NCBI GenBank assembly: GCA_051362555.1 | Contig: CM120649.1 | Coordinates: 6,448,001 to 6,512,000, forward strand | Direction: 5' to 3' | DNA from: Lingula anatina | Taxonomy: Eukaryota; Animalia; Brachiopoda | Length of the DNA stretch: 64,000 nucleotides | Part shown: in pieces, positions 33,833 to 47,933 of the stretch | Numbering within the stretch: position 1 is the first letter of the stretch | Layout: every line of letters begins with the position of its first letter | Position numbers and translations under genes: made by a program | Notes under the pieces: generated by a model | Told to the model about the DNA's origin: nothing | Database searches by the model: none | What the model saw: the letters and a program-made list of their open reading frames with translations, nothing else

Positions 33833-36041
33833 ATGTTTATAGTGTTGACTTTAAATCAATCATACAATATCAAGGATGAAAGTCTATAAATTCAAACTCC
33901 ATTACTCCATTCTATATGCTCTAACCTGGTCCTGAACCCTATTTACACAATAGCAGTAATGGGCTGTCAAGACAGCTAAGTAAAAGATAATGAAATATTA
34001 TGACAAATAGCCTGCTACTGCTCAGAATTGGCTATTGGCAGATTCGTGTTGTACTATGTCATGTGAGTTCCGATAGTCAACTTATCATAGACCCAAGCAT
34101 TTGCTACAGTGTACGAGAAAAAAATAAATATTGTTAATTGTGGTAAAATGAGAAAAATTCCGTAGACTCCACATAATACGGAAATAGTTGTGACCCGGAT
34201 ATTTCCTCCTGCTTCTATAGTACGCATAGACTTGAGTTAGACTCGAACTACTTTTCTGCCAATACCAAATAAAATAAAAGTATTCAAGTGTTCAAAATAA
34301 ACGATAATTCAAGCTAAATGGTGATTAGGAATGTGGAGTGTACTGTGTACTGTATCAATATGTTAAACGTTTTATACTGATAATGAAGAGTGTAAAAAGT
34401 GATACAGTATAACAGAGCGCTCAATACGGGAGTGAATAAGTTATGTCTAAACCAATTTTAGAGTTTTAAAGCCAACTAGATACAATATTGGTGAAACCAG
34501 TGGCAATGGAGGGTATTTAGAACAGATGATCCCCGGTGTAAATGATCCACCACTTTATATGGCCAGCCCCGCTTAAAATAAAGTCGCTTAATCCACTGAT
34601 GCTCTCCCCGCCTTCACACGCGCCATTAAACGGATTTAATCTCGACTCCGATGTTTAATTGCTATAGCCCCTGCAGCGAGGCTGCGGGGAGACCATCAGG
34701 AGATTAACGGCATCGCCTCTAAGTGGGTCGGCCAAATTTAGTCCGCGAATCTGTTAGTCCGCGGATCAAATTGTTCTGAATGTATGTGCTATGAATTACA
34801 CCCCTCCAAGCTGTCTGAATGAGGGGTTAGAATATAATGCATTATAACGCCTGCATATAAATTGCTACCATGGACTTATTCTCTAATAGAAGTGTTATGG
34901 CTGTTACAAATTGTATGATGTAGACTTTCAAATACATTTGGGTCAGCCAGGAGAACTGTGGTAAACAATACCACGGGTGTATCCATGAAAATGGTGCCTT
35001 TGCCAAACAATGGAATCGTTCCCCATCTAAACATCCTTTGTGCCGTAATTTGATAATAAAATTACCTCAAAATGCAAGTCAAATTCGCTTATCTTTTGTT
35101 TAACAAATTAATGGCACCACATGAAAATTACAGTGGTTGAAATGTTTAAAGAACGTCTAAGTGGCGGCATCGAAATCGGCTGGTTTTGCCTGTCATACGT
35201 CAAGACAAGTACAGTAGAATACCGGTGTAAATGAATTAAAGAAAAAGTAATTTCAAGATTTGATTGAGGCTTAGACAGTGGGGTACTTGTAATGTACCGT
35301 TACATCCATGCATTAGATTATAGATCGTATTGAAAGAATTGCTGTCAAATCCAAACCTGAAGAAAAATATGAAACCTGCTGCCAATAAAGCCACTGGTTG
35401 ATAGTCGAGTATTTCGTAGCATAATTAGTGGTTTGACCATCAGGCTTTCCACAACCACATTATTAAGACTGTCATACAATTTCTCTATAAATACGTGATG
35501 TATCGGTGTGCTTCATCAGATATTAATTTAAAGTACAGACATGCGTCATAGCAACAACGGACCAGTTCAATATTTGATTTTGGAAAAAAAGTATAATAAA
35601 GCACGTGCGTCAGCGGCCTACACTTTTATGCTTTGAAGTACCTCTTACTTCAGGTAATTGCATCATCAAATTATCTGTTTCTGCGTAGGGAGCAAATATT
35701 AGCTCCTCGAATTTTACCATACCACTAGCAGGAGGTAAAAGCGTGGACTGTAATCAATCCTCATAAGCAAACAGCAAGCCCATTTAATTTTGTTGATTAC
35801 AAGCTCGGATTCGACAATTTGTCATGTGAGATCACTTTAACCTCAATAGACAGTAAGACCGTCACAGACAAACCGACAGACAGACAGACAGACAAGTGAA
35901 TAGTAGAGGCAATATACTGACCGCTGATGCATAGTTGAAAAACGACTACACATGCAAACTAAGCGGGGAATGAAGAAACGTAAGGACAAACTTAACAGAC
36001 ACACTGACAGATGAACAAAAGAGAAAGTTATCAGACTGTCA

Positions 36042-36045
<4 letters not shown>

Positions 36046-36077
<32 letters not shown>
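36046..36077. repeat. (AG)n microsatellite; a degenerate (GACA)n tract lies at 35848-35895
   Basis: Direct inspection. Confidence 0.9.
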
Positions 36078-36080
<3 letters not shown>

Positions 36081-36823
36081 TGAAATGAATAAGAACTTTT
36101 ACATGCATAGCGTTGGGCAAAAATCGCTTTCTGTTAGAATACATGAAAAAAGCAAGAATTAAGTACCTTATGTGAAAACACTTGTCTCCAAAAAAGGTAA
36201 CCTAGCTAGCACATGGATGACCTTACCTTGATGCAGAATCTCGTGTTTTGTGGAAATTTATGCTGAAAGTCTTACAGAGCAGCATCACAAACTGAACGTG
36301 CGAACAAAGTTCACCTCATTCCCGGGATGACAGGCTTTAAAAACAGCCACTGAGGGCCTAGGCGAGCAAAACCAGACGGCGCCATTGGAATACACTTTGT
36401 TTTCCAACTGGGAAAAAGATAAATCAGTTTTTTTTCTGCTATGAATCACATTTGCTGTTAATCCAAAAATGCATTAATTGAAGGACTTTTATCTTCACAT
36501 TTCCACATTTTGTGTTCATTAACGTTCCGATTTATACACATTACATAAAAGCCTGTGGCTTCGCCCACATTGCATAAAATACATTATTCAATGACGAGAC
36601 TTCAGTCCATTTTCAAGAGATGCCGTTTTCGAACGTCGCTGTCCCAGAAGTAACCAGTATAATCAATTCAGTTTTATATTTATTATTTGAAAGAGCGTGC
36701 GAGGGAAAACTTACTATAGTGGGACAAAATATATTTAAAATTGCTTTTATTATAAGATCGCCATACTTCCACATGGTGTTCCAATTTACCGGGGTAGGTG
36801 CGTTTCGGTGTTTCCATTGGCAC

Positions 36824-37195
36824 AGTGTTATGGTTTGGGCAGGCATAAATGGCAATTTCCAGACAGAAATCATGGTGATTGCAGTTATTGGTGGAAATTT
36901 GACTGTCCAGTGATACAGAGATGAAGTACTAAGAACAGGTGTTGTTCCATTCTTGCATCAATACCCAACTCAAAGCTTGCTTCAGCAGGACAACGCCCGT
37001 GACCATACTGCCAGGATAGCATAGGCGTACCTGCTTCAGGAGCAGATCCAGACTCTCCCGTGGCTAGCGTTTAGACCAGACATGTCTCCCATTAAGCGTG
37101 CCTGGGATGAATTGGGCAGACGACTTGATTACCGCCACCAAAGCCTGATACTATCATAGAGTTAAGAGCTGCACCGATGGAAGAATGGAAAAAGA
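36824..37195 (+). mobile_element. Tc1-family (DD34E) transposase remnant
   Basis: SVMVWAGI...NLT...Y..EVL...QQDNARDH-(34 aa)-PDMSPIK RAWDEL, with two in-frame stops and the catalytic E changed to K. Confidence 0.88.
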
Positions 37196-37734
37196 TGTAC
37201 CATCATAATAGAACAATCTCAGTGGTGCATCAAACTTATCAAATAAAATTATTCATATTGAATTAACGCATTTCTTTGGTGACCTCTAACCAATCAATTT
37301 TTGTTGTGCCATTCGATTTGCACCTTCTACTTGTACTGTAGTATGTCGTGTAGGCTTGACATTTCAATAAATTCCCAATCCACTGGGGTTTTAAGGACAC
37401 CAGGCAAAGCCATGCCCACTTACATCGTATAAGCTCTGCCAATAACTAGGTAAATTAAACATGTGATTAACGTGACCATTAGCCACAGTGCCATGCCATT
37501 ATCCATCACCGCCATCCGCACAAGTACGTCCAATTAAACAGAAAGCTCTTTTACGACCCTCTTCCCACATAACAATCGTGTTGCGCGTTATCCCAGGGCA
37601 ATTCTCACCTCGAAACGGGCAATTTGTATAACGATATATGTCGCCAAGAAGACCTGCTCGAGGTTATTTATCGTCCATCCCGATAAGGTGCCTACTATAT
37701 CATTATATTGGAAAATTACTTCATTTTTGGTAGG

Positions 37735-37990
37735 CTTGGTAGGCTGTTCAATCTGCTCATGGACGGCCTCTTCTACTCCTCTGGATTGTCTGATCCACTC
37801 CTCCTCTTTGTCGAGGATTTGGACGTATTTCGTGTCAAATATGTGGCCGGCGTTTTGCAGGTGGATGAATACTGCAAAAACATATTTTCACCTGTACCAG
37901 GGCGTCTGTGTTGGTACTGGCACATTCTGCTTTGTAGATGCTGTTTTGTTTCCCTCGAATATGAATCTTTGAATTCACTATCCTTATACA
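37735..37990 (-). mobile_element. Penelope-like retroelement GIY-YIG endonuclease remnant
   Basis: SYSRETKQHLQSRM..HRR, then after a frameshift AVFIHLQNAGHIFDTKYVQILDKEEEW...RGVEEAVHEQIEQPT, which is typical of the PLE C-terminus. Confidence 0.75.
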
Positions 37991-40014
37991 CCTAACACCA
38001 TTGGGCACTATTTCCTTGAGCATTCTACCCACAAGCACGGGGGTCTGAAATACCAAATACCACATTTTTGGGACCGGTGTGACGTGACAGAGAGACTCCC
38101 ATGTTAGAGAGCCCTGTTCTCATTGATTTGCATAGATTAAGCCTCGCCCCAGATTTGACCTACTTACTTCAGGCTATAACCCTAACCATTATTGCTATAT
38201 GGAGGGTGGACTTTGTGTTACACGGTCCCTGAGTTTTGTCACACCTGGCCCTGGGAGAAATCCCAAGGAGACTGTCACCACGTGACACTGGGACAGCTCA
38301 GCTCACCTGAGACAGACCTTGTGAGAAACGTACAGTATAGTGCTACTTGCTTCAAGAGCCAGTTTCAAGTAAGAGCCAGTATCAGATTCAACTTTTCATT
38401 ATTTTAGTTAAACCACAACTGGATGAATCATAACATTCACCTTGAAACCATACATTCGGATCCGTTTTCAAGTAAGCTGTATGTCAACATATCTTTATTT
38501 GCAGGATAACCTCTAGTTAAGATCTGGGTAGACAGTCTGTTTTATGCTGGAAAATGCAGTGGGCATGAGGGAATTTATTAAAATTGCAATGTTTGCCACA
38601 AAATATCTTGTCGATATCAAATGGTAGGGCAAAAATAATACACAACACTTTGCACATGCATACAATATCATACTTTTTTGTTAAAAAAAAAGCACGTATG
38701 GAATTTTCAGCTGTGTAATGTAATGGGAAAAGTACTATTACTCTCCACTTACTCCCAGACATGAAACAAGGGTATTTAATACCACACATTATGTAATTGT
38801 CTTTTTAATCGAAGCACGGCCATTTACCCAATTTTCGCACTTTCCATATTTCCTTATTTCCAGATCCTAATGTACAAGATGGCAGTTTGGCATTTTTAAT
38901 TCCATTTCCGTGTCCTGATTGCCCCATTTGATGGAATTTTTATACTTTGTTCCATTAATCAGGCCACATTTTCCCCAAGTAGATTAACAGCCTCGACACG
39001 TTTTCTCCCCAAGTTGAAAAAAGCACTTTAAAATCACAGAGACTTATAGGTGATCTGGGATTCGTTTACACTTCGCTTTAGGCGTATTTGAATGAAATTC
39101 TATATCTAAATCGATTGATTTCTGTGGGTGTTTCTGAAGATACATGTATGTCCTCCCGCAAGGTCTGACAAACACACACACACACACATAAATATATATA
39201 ATTGAGAACTCTAAAAAGCTGTGGTCATGTTTTAAGATGTTAACTAGTACATGAACACCTACGAGCCCAGTGGGAACTGTCCGATTTGCCAAATTTATCA
39301 CGCAGTCGTTAAGTAATTTGTCAGTCGTGCACGTACATTGGCAAGGTCTTTTTTAAAAACATAACCATTACCAAAGAATCGCCCTTTTTCACCTGGCTGT
39401 GTATTAGAATTCACATCCGTTACTTAAAATATATTTATGCCATTACTAAATAGTAATTCTCTAGGGAAGAGGCTCAAAAAGCCATTTCGGTACGGTCTCT
39501 GGAAATAAAGTGCAAATTATAACACTTCGAGAAAACTGCAGATGCGTGGCAACAATACTGATAGAGATCTAGATTAATAAAAAATTAAAAGCGCTTGCAC
39601 CAACGTAAGCAGTGAGGACACTAACCTCGTTATGTTTAGCAAAATGTCCAAATAAAACTCATTAATACGTTTGTAATTGCCACATTAATGCTAAACAAAC
39701 ATTAATGGACCTATGGTCAAGTGATATTTCCTTGAAAATAGACACATTTCAGGAATATTTTATCCAATGGAGATATACAGAGAGTGCCGTATTATAAATA
39801 TCTCTGAAAACAGACAGGAGTAACCATTATTTCCATTGCTAAGGAAATGTATTTAAATGTGAATAAACAGAACACAGAAACTGGACAAATGACAATAACT
39901 AGGAGCTTGATTCAGGTCAAACATTTGTAAATGACTGTCCTTAATTTGACTCTGAAACGCTATACCGCAGCATCAATAAACATCAGGTTTTCCAACAACA
40001 TTATGTACAACTTT

Positions 40015-40016
40015 AC

Positions 40017-40071
<55 letters not shown>
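40015..40071. repeat. (ATT)n microsatellite
   Basis: Direct inspection. Confidence 0.95.
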
Positions 40072-41399
40072 TTCAAGAATAAATGAGATGGTGATGAAAC
40101 AGAAAAAAGAAATAAAAACGGCTGCCTGTGCGAACATCATTCAGTCATCTTATTGTCTGCATTGATTAAACAACTTAACATTTACAAACATACTAGAAAT
40201 TACGTAGGCCCTAAACATCGGACCTGTTCAGCAAAAAATTGCATAAATCCGTTTTAAAACTAGCTGTAGGAAGCATACATCCTGATGAAATTAAATGTCT
40301 CATAAGGTATACCTTTATCAACTGACTTACCAAATTGAACTAATAACTTATGCAGGCCAGTAATCAGGGAGTTCGGGTTGTGGGGTGTTCGAATGAACCG
40401 CCCATTTTCCGAGAAAAGGTCCGCCCTGGGTACATTTTTATCTAGGTACACGAATTTCAGGAAGGTTTCATGGTAAAAGATTCACGTTTTTAGAAAAAAA
40501 ACTTAAAAAATTCTGGCTATACGGGCCAGTAGGCCTAGTATTCATTAACCCTCTACCAGGCCCACAGAGAAAAAAAATCTTCATTATAAAATCACAGATA
40601 TTTTTTCTGGTTATTCACTAGCTGTGCACATTCTCTGTTCTGTGTCCAGCATTGCTAGAATTTTTCCACAGCTACTTGTAGAGAGGTGCGTTAGAAGGTA
40701 GAACTACATGTAGAGAGGTGCGTTATCCAGGCCATCATCCATTATGTAGTGGATAGTAGGTGGCTGTGATCAAACAGTTTTCTTCTTTTAACGTTGGTCT
40801 TAAATTCAAACAGTTTTAGCCAGGCCGATGTTTGGTGTTCCCCGCAAGACTCTTATTAATTTACTTTTTTATTATTTCTATATCGAGGAACCATGACTTA
40901 TATAGGCTACACTTGTCATCTCACCTAAAAACAGGCTTTTTAAAATAATCAGTTGCTTAGGCCGAGAACGGTACATGTAGGCCTACATGAAGCACTCGGT
41001 TTGGCAGACATGTCTTTCAGTAAACCGTTGCAAATGGACAGTTGGTCAATATTCTCTGTCTAGTGTGCTAGGTCTTGGATCTAAATAAAGTATAGCATTA
41101 TGGGGAAAAGACTTAAGTTGCGACGTGTTGCTCTACATGTACAGGGGGTAGGCCTACATGTACGGTATGCAGTCATTACGACATTTTAGGTCATTTTATT
41201 TTTGAATTTTGCATGAGTCGATGATTAAGGGCCATAAAACCACTTACAGGAAATTAAAACTGGATGATAATCGACAGATATAATTAATTGATAACTTAGC
41301 AGATATTAACTTGATAAAGGCTACCCGCCACACAACCAGTGCTTGAACCTAAAATTTTGATTGTGCTAGGTGTGACAGCCTGTATCACCCAGCGCAATG

Positions 41400-41445
41400 T
41401 GACGTCAATCGCGAGTTGTCCTTCACAGCTGCATTCGCCATCTTG
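41400..41445 (+). promoter_or_regulatory. ARGLU1 core promoter motifs
   Basis: Palindromic CRE TGACGTCA at 41400-41407 and YY1 CGCCATCTT at 41436-41444, about 75-120 bp before the ATG. Confidence 0.55.
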
Positions 41446-41517
41446 GAAATGGGAAAGATGAGGTAGCTCCCGTAAAAGATTCGTCCAAATCTTCAATTTC
41501 TCAGGAATTACCGAAGA

Positions 41518-44500
41518 ATGGGTCGTTCAAGGAGTCGCAGCCGATCGTCTACAAGACACAGACACAAAAGCAAGCACAAAAAACACAGATCGAGGTCCCG
41601 ATCGCGAGATAGAGCGGCGAGACGGAGTAGGCATCGATCGAGGTCGAGAGACCGAGACAGACGATCAAGGTAACATCAATGTCAGCGGGCTTGGTCAGGC
41701 TCTGCCTTTTTCTTATCTAAGAAAAGTATCAAAATACTTATGGCTCTGGTTGTATACATGCGTTTTGAGAAGAACTTTGTGCAACATGAGGAGAATTTTT
41801 ATCCCTTTGATATTTTCATTGTTTTATCATATTTGTCATTTGACAATGAAGCCGCGTGTGCTTTTGACTCGACTGGTATTGTGTAGGTATTGTTGTCCAA
41901 GGTACGAGTGCGCCCTTATTATAGGGGGACTACTTCTCACATTGCCAGTAGCTTGTCATTTTCATTAGTCTTTAAAGTTTCAACCCATCAAAAATTCCTT
42001 TACAATGAAAATTATTTGCTTGGTTTGTGGAATTGGTGGTGGTTCAGTTGGCAAGGGTGCAACTTTTTGACTTGATATTAATTTGGATATTGGAAACATT
42101 TTAGCAGTTGTGGTAAGTTTGAACCATAAGAATACTTGCAAATAAAATTTTACATAGTCATGGATTAATTTTATCCTTATTCTTAATTTGCAGCTTTTGG
42201 TTTTGTTAACATTCTTACTTGTCTCTTTCTAGTTGCTTTTGTTCCAAATGCTTTGCAAATTGTTTGCTTAGAAACAACCATAAATGTACTATTTATTTGA
42301 CAGTGGGTTTACTTATACAATATATATTTCAGTACTGATACCTGTTTTATTTTTATTTAAATTAATTTGTTTATTTTCCCCAGAAAACGCTCTTACTCCT
42401 CAAGCAGTTCTGACAGTGATCTTGATGTTCTTGCGCCAACCAAAGTATTGGAAGAAAAGAAAAAAGAAGATGAAGAAAAACAAGCAGAGATGGAAAGGTT
42501 ACGGTTGGAGTAAGTACAGTAGGGGTGTTAATACCAGTTTTTGAGTTTCCAATGAAGACATGCCTGCATAATGTAGAACATATTATCTTAACAGGTTATT
42601 TGATTGCAATTCTATCCCATGCTTACATAAAGCATTTTTTTTTTTTTTTTTTTTTTTTTGGCTACATAATTAAATGATCTTAATTGCATCAAAGTAAAGT
42701 ATGTGTGTGAAGATAAATCTGACAAGATAAAATACTTCATTATTTATGTTAACCAAATTAGTTAATGTGATAGAATTATGAAGTGAATTTACTGCTTAGC
42801 TGCATGTCTTATTTTTGAAATGTTCATGTTTTCTGTGTTTAAAATACTTTTGTAAAACCATTAGCGATATGCTGTTAATTATATCATAATGACTTTTTGT
42901 TTGTGTTTATGGCCATATTTAATTGCATTTTTAATATTTTAGGCGTCAGAAAGCTTTAGAAGAAAAACTCATAGAGGAAGAAGTAGCAAAACGAGTGGAA
43001 GAATTGGTAGCTAAACGAGTAGCTGAAGAGCTAGAGAAACGCAAAGATGAAATTGAAGCCGAGGTGCTACGAAGAGTAGAAGAGGCAAAGCGCATCATGG
43101 AGAAACAGATGTTAGAAGAAATGGAAAAACAGAGGGCCGCGGAAGTGGAGGCACAAAAGCGTAAAGAGGTACTGCTAAGTTCTGAAGTTTGTTTAGGGGG
43201 GTGGTGGCACATCCCACGCGGGGGCATCAGATAACAATGTGACAGAGACCCCCAATATTTCATCACACAGTCACAGCCAGTGAAGTTAGCAAAGTAGATT
43301 AAATCCTGAGTCAAGTTTTGTATAGTTGTACCTTAAGTTGTATTTAGAATGATAAGCTTAGTTTCTTTTAAACTGCTTTAGGAGGCAGGGATGACATTCT
43401 TTCCCAGATTTCAGGGATTTTTTTTTTCTCTGACCCAATCATATCTCTTTGCATATGGGGCTCATTTTGGTTACTCGGTCTCAGGCATTGGTTTTCAGTA
43501 CTTTTAAAAGTCTGAAAAGCCAATGAAAGAGAAGCAATTTAGGCACTTAAACATTGAAAAACTTGAGTAAAGAAGCAGCTAGGATATGAAATCATGGATT
43601 GTATATAACATAAATCGAAAGTGAGAATAACATAAAAGATGATAATGTCTGTGACATATTCCAACAAACACATGTTACATGAAACTGCCCATGTAGGATG
43701 TATGACACTAGCCAAGTTCAGCTAGTCACATGAATTCTATACGAAAAAAACATGGGAGAAGTTCTTAATTTCGTAACAGCTGTGCAGTGTGCCACCACCT
43801 TCCTTCAAGTACTGGCCGTGAAAGTGCAATGAGACTGGCTGCTTGAAAAAAGATGCCCAAAAACTGCTGTTGTTCTGCCAGACCCATCCCCTCCCCTTTC
43901 CTCGCCCCTTGTCATTTCTTTTTCACCCCTTTGGACTAGCAGTATGAGCTGCCTTGCTCTGTTCTCTACTAGTGTAGCTGGCTCACTTGGTTAAGATTTT
44001 AAAAGGAATTTGAAATGCAGAAAGTTTTTTTAAATTTTTTTAATTGTTGTTTTTCTTACCCTTTGTTCTTTGACATGTTTATGTTTGCCTCTGATATTAC
44101 TTGCTTCTACTCAATCATTTTCCTAAATATTAAAAGGGTATTTTGAAGCTAATCAAATAAGTTCAAGAATGTATTGTCTACAGTGTAATATCTTTGTTGT
44201 TTGTTTGTATGGGGGAGGGGAGGGGAAAGGGTGTACAAGTCAGATTGCATGCTTTTTACCTTGAAAGATAACTCGAACATTGGATATATCCGGAAATTAA
44301 TATATTTGTGTGTTGTATATATGTCCCCTGGACCCCCATATGGCACTTGCATTTCCAGAATTTGTTTTGAAAGTTTCACTTTCATCTTTGAGAGTTACAG
44401 CTTACAAAGTAGCATTTGAAATGTAGACTTTCATGCATCAAAGGACAACAAGCTTATCCCTTGGACTAAACAATTCCAACGCACAAAAGCAGACTTCATT

Positions 44501-46535
44501 GTCTTTGGCCATTTCTCTTCTAGCAGCCAGTTTTCAAGCATAAGGCCAGGACTTGTAAACCAACTGTTTGTGATAAATGAATTCTGTAACGTTCCCATTA
44601 GCATAAATATTATCTCTTGTTTTGTTTTTCTTGCATTAACCCTATTTTATCCTTAGGTGTTTCACCAAGCAGTCTACTGCACAGAGCTAGGGTGGCCCAC
44701 TGTGCTGCAAGTATCAATTTGTTTTTATATGCATTGTTGCTATGGTCAGTTGCTATGGCACATTGCAAGTTACTATGGTCACAGTATAACAATGTGTTTT
44801 GGTCTGTGTGTGACCAATGTGGTAAGTCCATTGGTCAGTTTATTGGTCAGGTTGACCATTGAGGGGTGGGAGGTCAGATTTTCATTTGTCTGACTGCCCC
44901 CCACCCTGTGTAATTTGAATGATCAGTTTTCTGATGAACTTTGTGTTAATTGGACATTTAACTCCACAAGTTTTGCTCAGTATGGTTGCAGCATGCGGAG
45001 ACTAGAGAAGATTTTACGTACGTACGACACACGAGTCAAACTACTTACGTAAGCTTGGACTGGGTGAGGTATATGACTACAACGGCATCCACATATGATA
45101 AGTCACACTGTGAGTTGGGCAGGAATGTTTAGACACAGAGATTTAGACCTTGGAGCTGCTGTAAATTTTGAATTACCAAAAACATTTCTGTAATGTTTTG
45201 ACAAAATATGTGATTTTTTTTTTTTTTTTTTCATTTTTATCTAAATTTCAAAAATAATCTTTGTCTTTTGTCATGACTCAATGCTAACAAATTTTGGAAA
45301 AAAATGTATTTTATTTTCTCAATCACTGGTGCAAAATCTCCAGTAAGTGTTGCCCTCATATTTGGATGCTGCACTGTGAGTGTCAGTGTATGCATATGTG
45401 GCAGTTATGTGGCTGCCTCCCTACTGAATGTATATGCCAGTTACATATATGACATATTTTTGTATGTATTTTTATATGTATATATTGTTATAGGTTTTTA
45501 TATAGACTTTGAATTAGTACTTATATTAATATGTGGTGAGATAAGGGGGGAGGGGTACTTAAACATTTAGAAAATGTTCCTTTGGAAATGGTAATATTTT
45601 GCTTTATTTGTGAGCTTATCTAGATATTTATTATTTTTAATTTATGGTCAGTAGTAAAGTGGGAGAATTTTCAACCACATGCCATGTTATTACCATTATC
45701 GACATATTTGTAGGAGGAGGAACGCCGCAAACGGGAAGAGCTGGAAAATATTATGAAAGAGAATAATAGAAAAGTTGAAGAAGCACAAAGAAAACTGGTG
45801 AGTGCATTTCAGTCAATATCTGATGTGCTTTGTTCAGGGATGAGTTTTTTCAGACTATCAGTGGATTTCAGACTTTATGGGAGCCCGAAATATCATTGCC
45901 CTAGGTGGCCCCCTGGAGCCCAAGCCAAATTTACTGCCTTTCTCACTTTTTCACTTGGCTGTTGCAGTTGAAATAACTTCAACATTAGGATTGAAGCTGG
46001 TAGAGATTTGTTTGTCTACTAGATAAGCTTTAAAATAGTATAAATCTGCATAAATTGCAAGACAGGATTTAAGGAAATATTATGCAAGATTATAATGCAA
46101 AAAGTGATTAATTGATAAAAATATGAATTATTGAATAGATTAGCTAATTAATTTACATTAGGTCATCAACATTTTACAATCTTCAAGTATTTACAAGCTG
46201 TGATTCTAATTAGTATTTTACTCAGATATTTATACCCCACAATGAATAATTTTTAAATTTTTTTATTCTCCTGGCTAAGCCACATGTAACATGTACATTA
46301 TTAAGAAGCATTACTTTGAGTAATGTCTGTATTTATTGTCATATATTTATTTATATTTTTATTTAATTTCAAGGCTGAAGAGCAACTGAAACTTGTTGAA
46401 GAACAGCGCAAAATGTTAGAAGAACGTCAGCGTTTAGAAGATGAACAGAAACAGAAAGTTAAGAAGGAACAGGAGGTTATACTAAACAAAAAGAATGCCA
46501 GACCTCGACTCTCATTCTCGCTTGGTGGAAAATGA
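41518..46535 (+). CDS. ARGLU1: Arginine and glutamate-rich protein 1, 249 aa. Exons 41518-41669, 42384-42509, 42943-43168, 45714-45797, 46374-46535
   Basis: RS-rich N-terminus MGRSRSRS; [50 protein letters not shown]; [13 protein letters not shown]; RPRLSFSL. 750 nt in frame with GT-AG introns. Confidence 0.95.
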
Positions 46536-47891
46536 TGAAACAGGACAATCCTGAGTTGCCAGGAAAAAACTATAAAGTTCATTTATAAACAGAGGTGCAG
46601 CAATGATTTGAATGCTATGTGTAGCATCAGACACAGTGCAAAAATGTCAGAACTGTTCAAAAAGTGTGCAAAATGTGGAGCAAAAGGCACAGTATGAGCT
46701 GAATTTAAAGAGACCGAAGCTTCTTCTATGTGAGAACTATGTTGTCTAAGTAAGAGAATTGTGATGTCATTTTCAGTTGTTCATGGGTGGACCTAAACAT
46801 GAGACCCAGTTTTTGGACTCCAATCTGATCCTTACCCCAAGAATGACTGTGGGAGCGTTATTTATTATATAATTGACACACTGTAATATAGGACTCCCCA
46901 CAAATGTCTCGGAAGGCTAAAAGCACGGCCCAGTGTACACTTAAATGCTGAAAAGATGTTAATATCTCAGGGGCTGATCCAACTGTAAGCCGTAGCCGTT
47001 TTAAGTTGTGCACCTTATGTCAACCTGTTTATTGGGGGAAGGGGGGGGAGGGTGTTTCCCTGGGGGAGGGAGGGGGGTATGCTGAAAGCCTCAAATAAAG
47101 AACAGTTGTGAAGTTGGGATAGAAGAAATTGAACGAGGGAAACTTCTCTTTTATTTTAAAATGGTTTAGGAGGAGGGGGGGGCACTCTGGGCACTTCGGG
47201 GGGGAGGGGGATGGGTTTGTTAATAATTTAACAATACAATGGAACCTAGGTAGGTATGGTACTTATCTGTGCTGTTCATTTTGTTAAATTCTTCAATAGG
47301 GAGGGGTGGAGACCTTTTATACATAATAAAAGAAAGTTGAGAACGACTTGTATTCATGTCTCTTTTATGTGCTATTTTACTTGAAATTGAACCTTTTAAC
47401 GTTTTCGATTTCCTATTGCTTATAAGACTTAACGATAAGATGCCTTATGATTATCTATTATTTTTTATTATCTAAAGTGAATAAACTAAAATTAAAACAA
47501 TACCATACTCTTCTTAATACCGGGGTAACGAAACTATGGGTTCGTCTTGACAATTTGTTTGGCTTCAGTCCCACATTAAATGTTTGGCGCCTACAAGCTG
47601 CTCATTCACAACAAATACTTAATAACAAATCATGGCCAAAATATGTCAAACACTTCGCCAGAAATTGGCGACAGTTGACCAGCGGACGTATAGACAAGTT
47701 TATTCAACAAAACATCTCTCTGGGTTCTCTCATTCGGTTTTAGGGGTGTTTTAATGATGTACATGTAAGTTGGAGTAGCTTTTCTCGGAAAGTATGCAAA
47801 ATAATACACTGCCACCATCTAGCTCCAATCAGTAGCAAGTTTGCATAACACGTGACCAAGGACCAGTCTAACTCTTGCTGCTTGTTAGAAC

Positions 47892-47933
47892 CAAGAAGTT
47901 ATAAAGAGAAGGCCTTTTCTTTATAACTTCTTG
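47892..47933. mobile_element. 42-bp palindrome with a 7-bp TSD: P-element-like excision footprint or minimal element
   Basis: ttagaac [caagaagttataaagagaagg ccttttctttataacttcttg] ttagaac. Confidence 0.7.

Noticed and set aside
42946-43314. 122-aa ORF antisense to ARGLU1 exon 3
   Set aside because: Ser/Phe-rich mirror of Glu/Lys codons.
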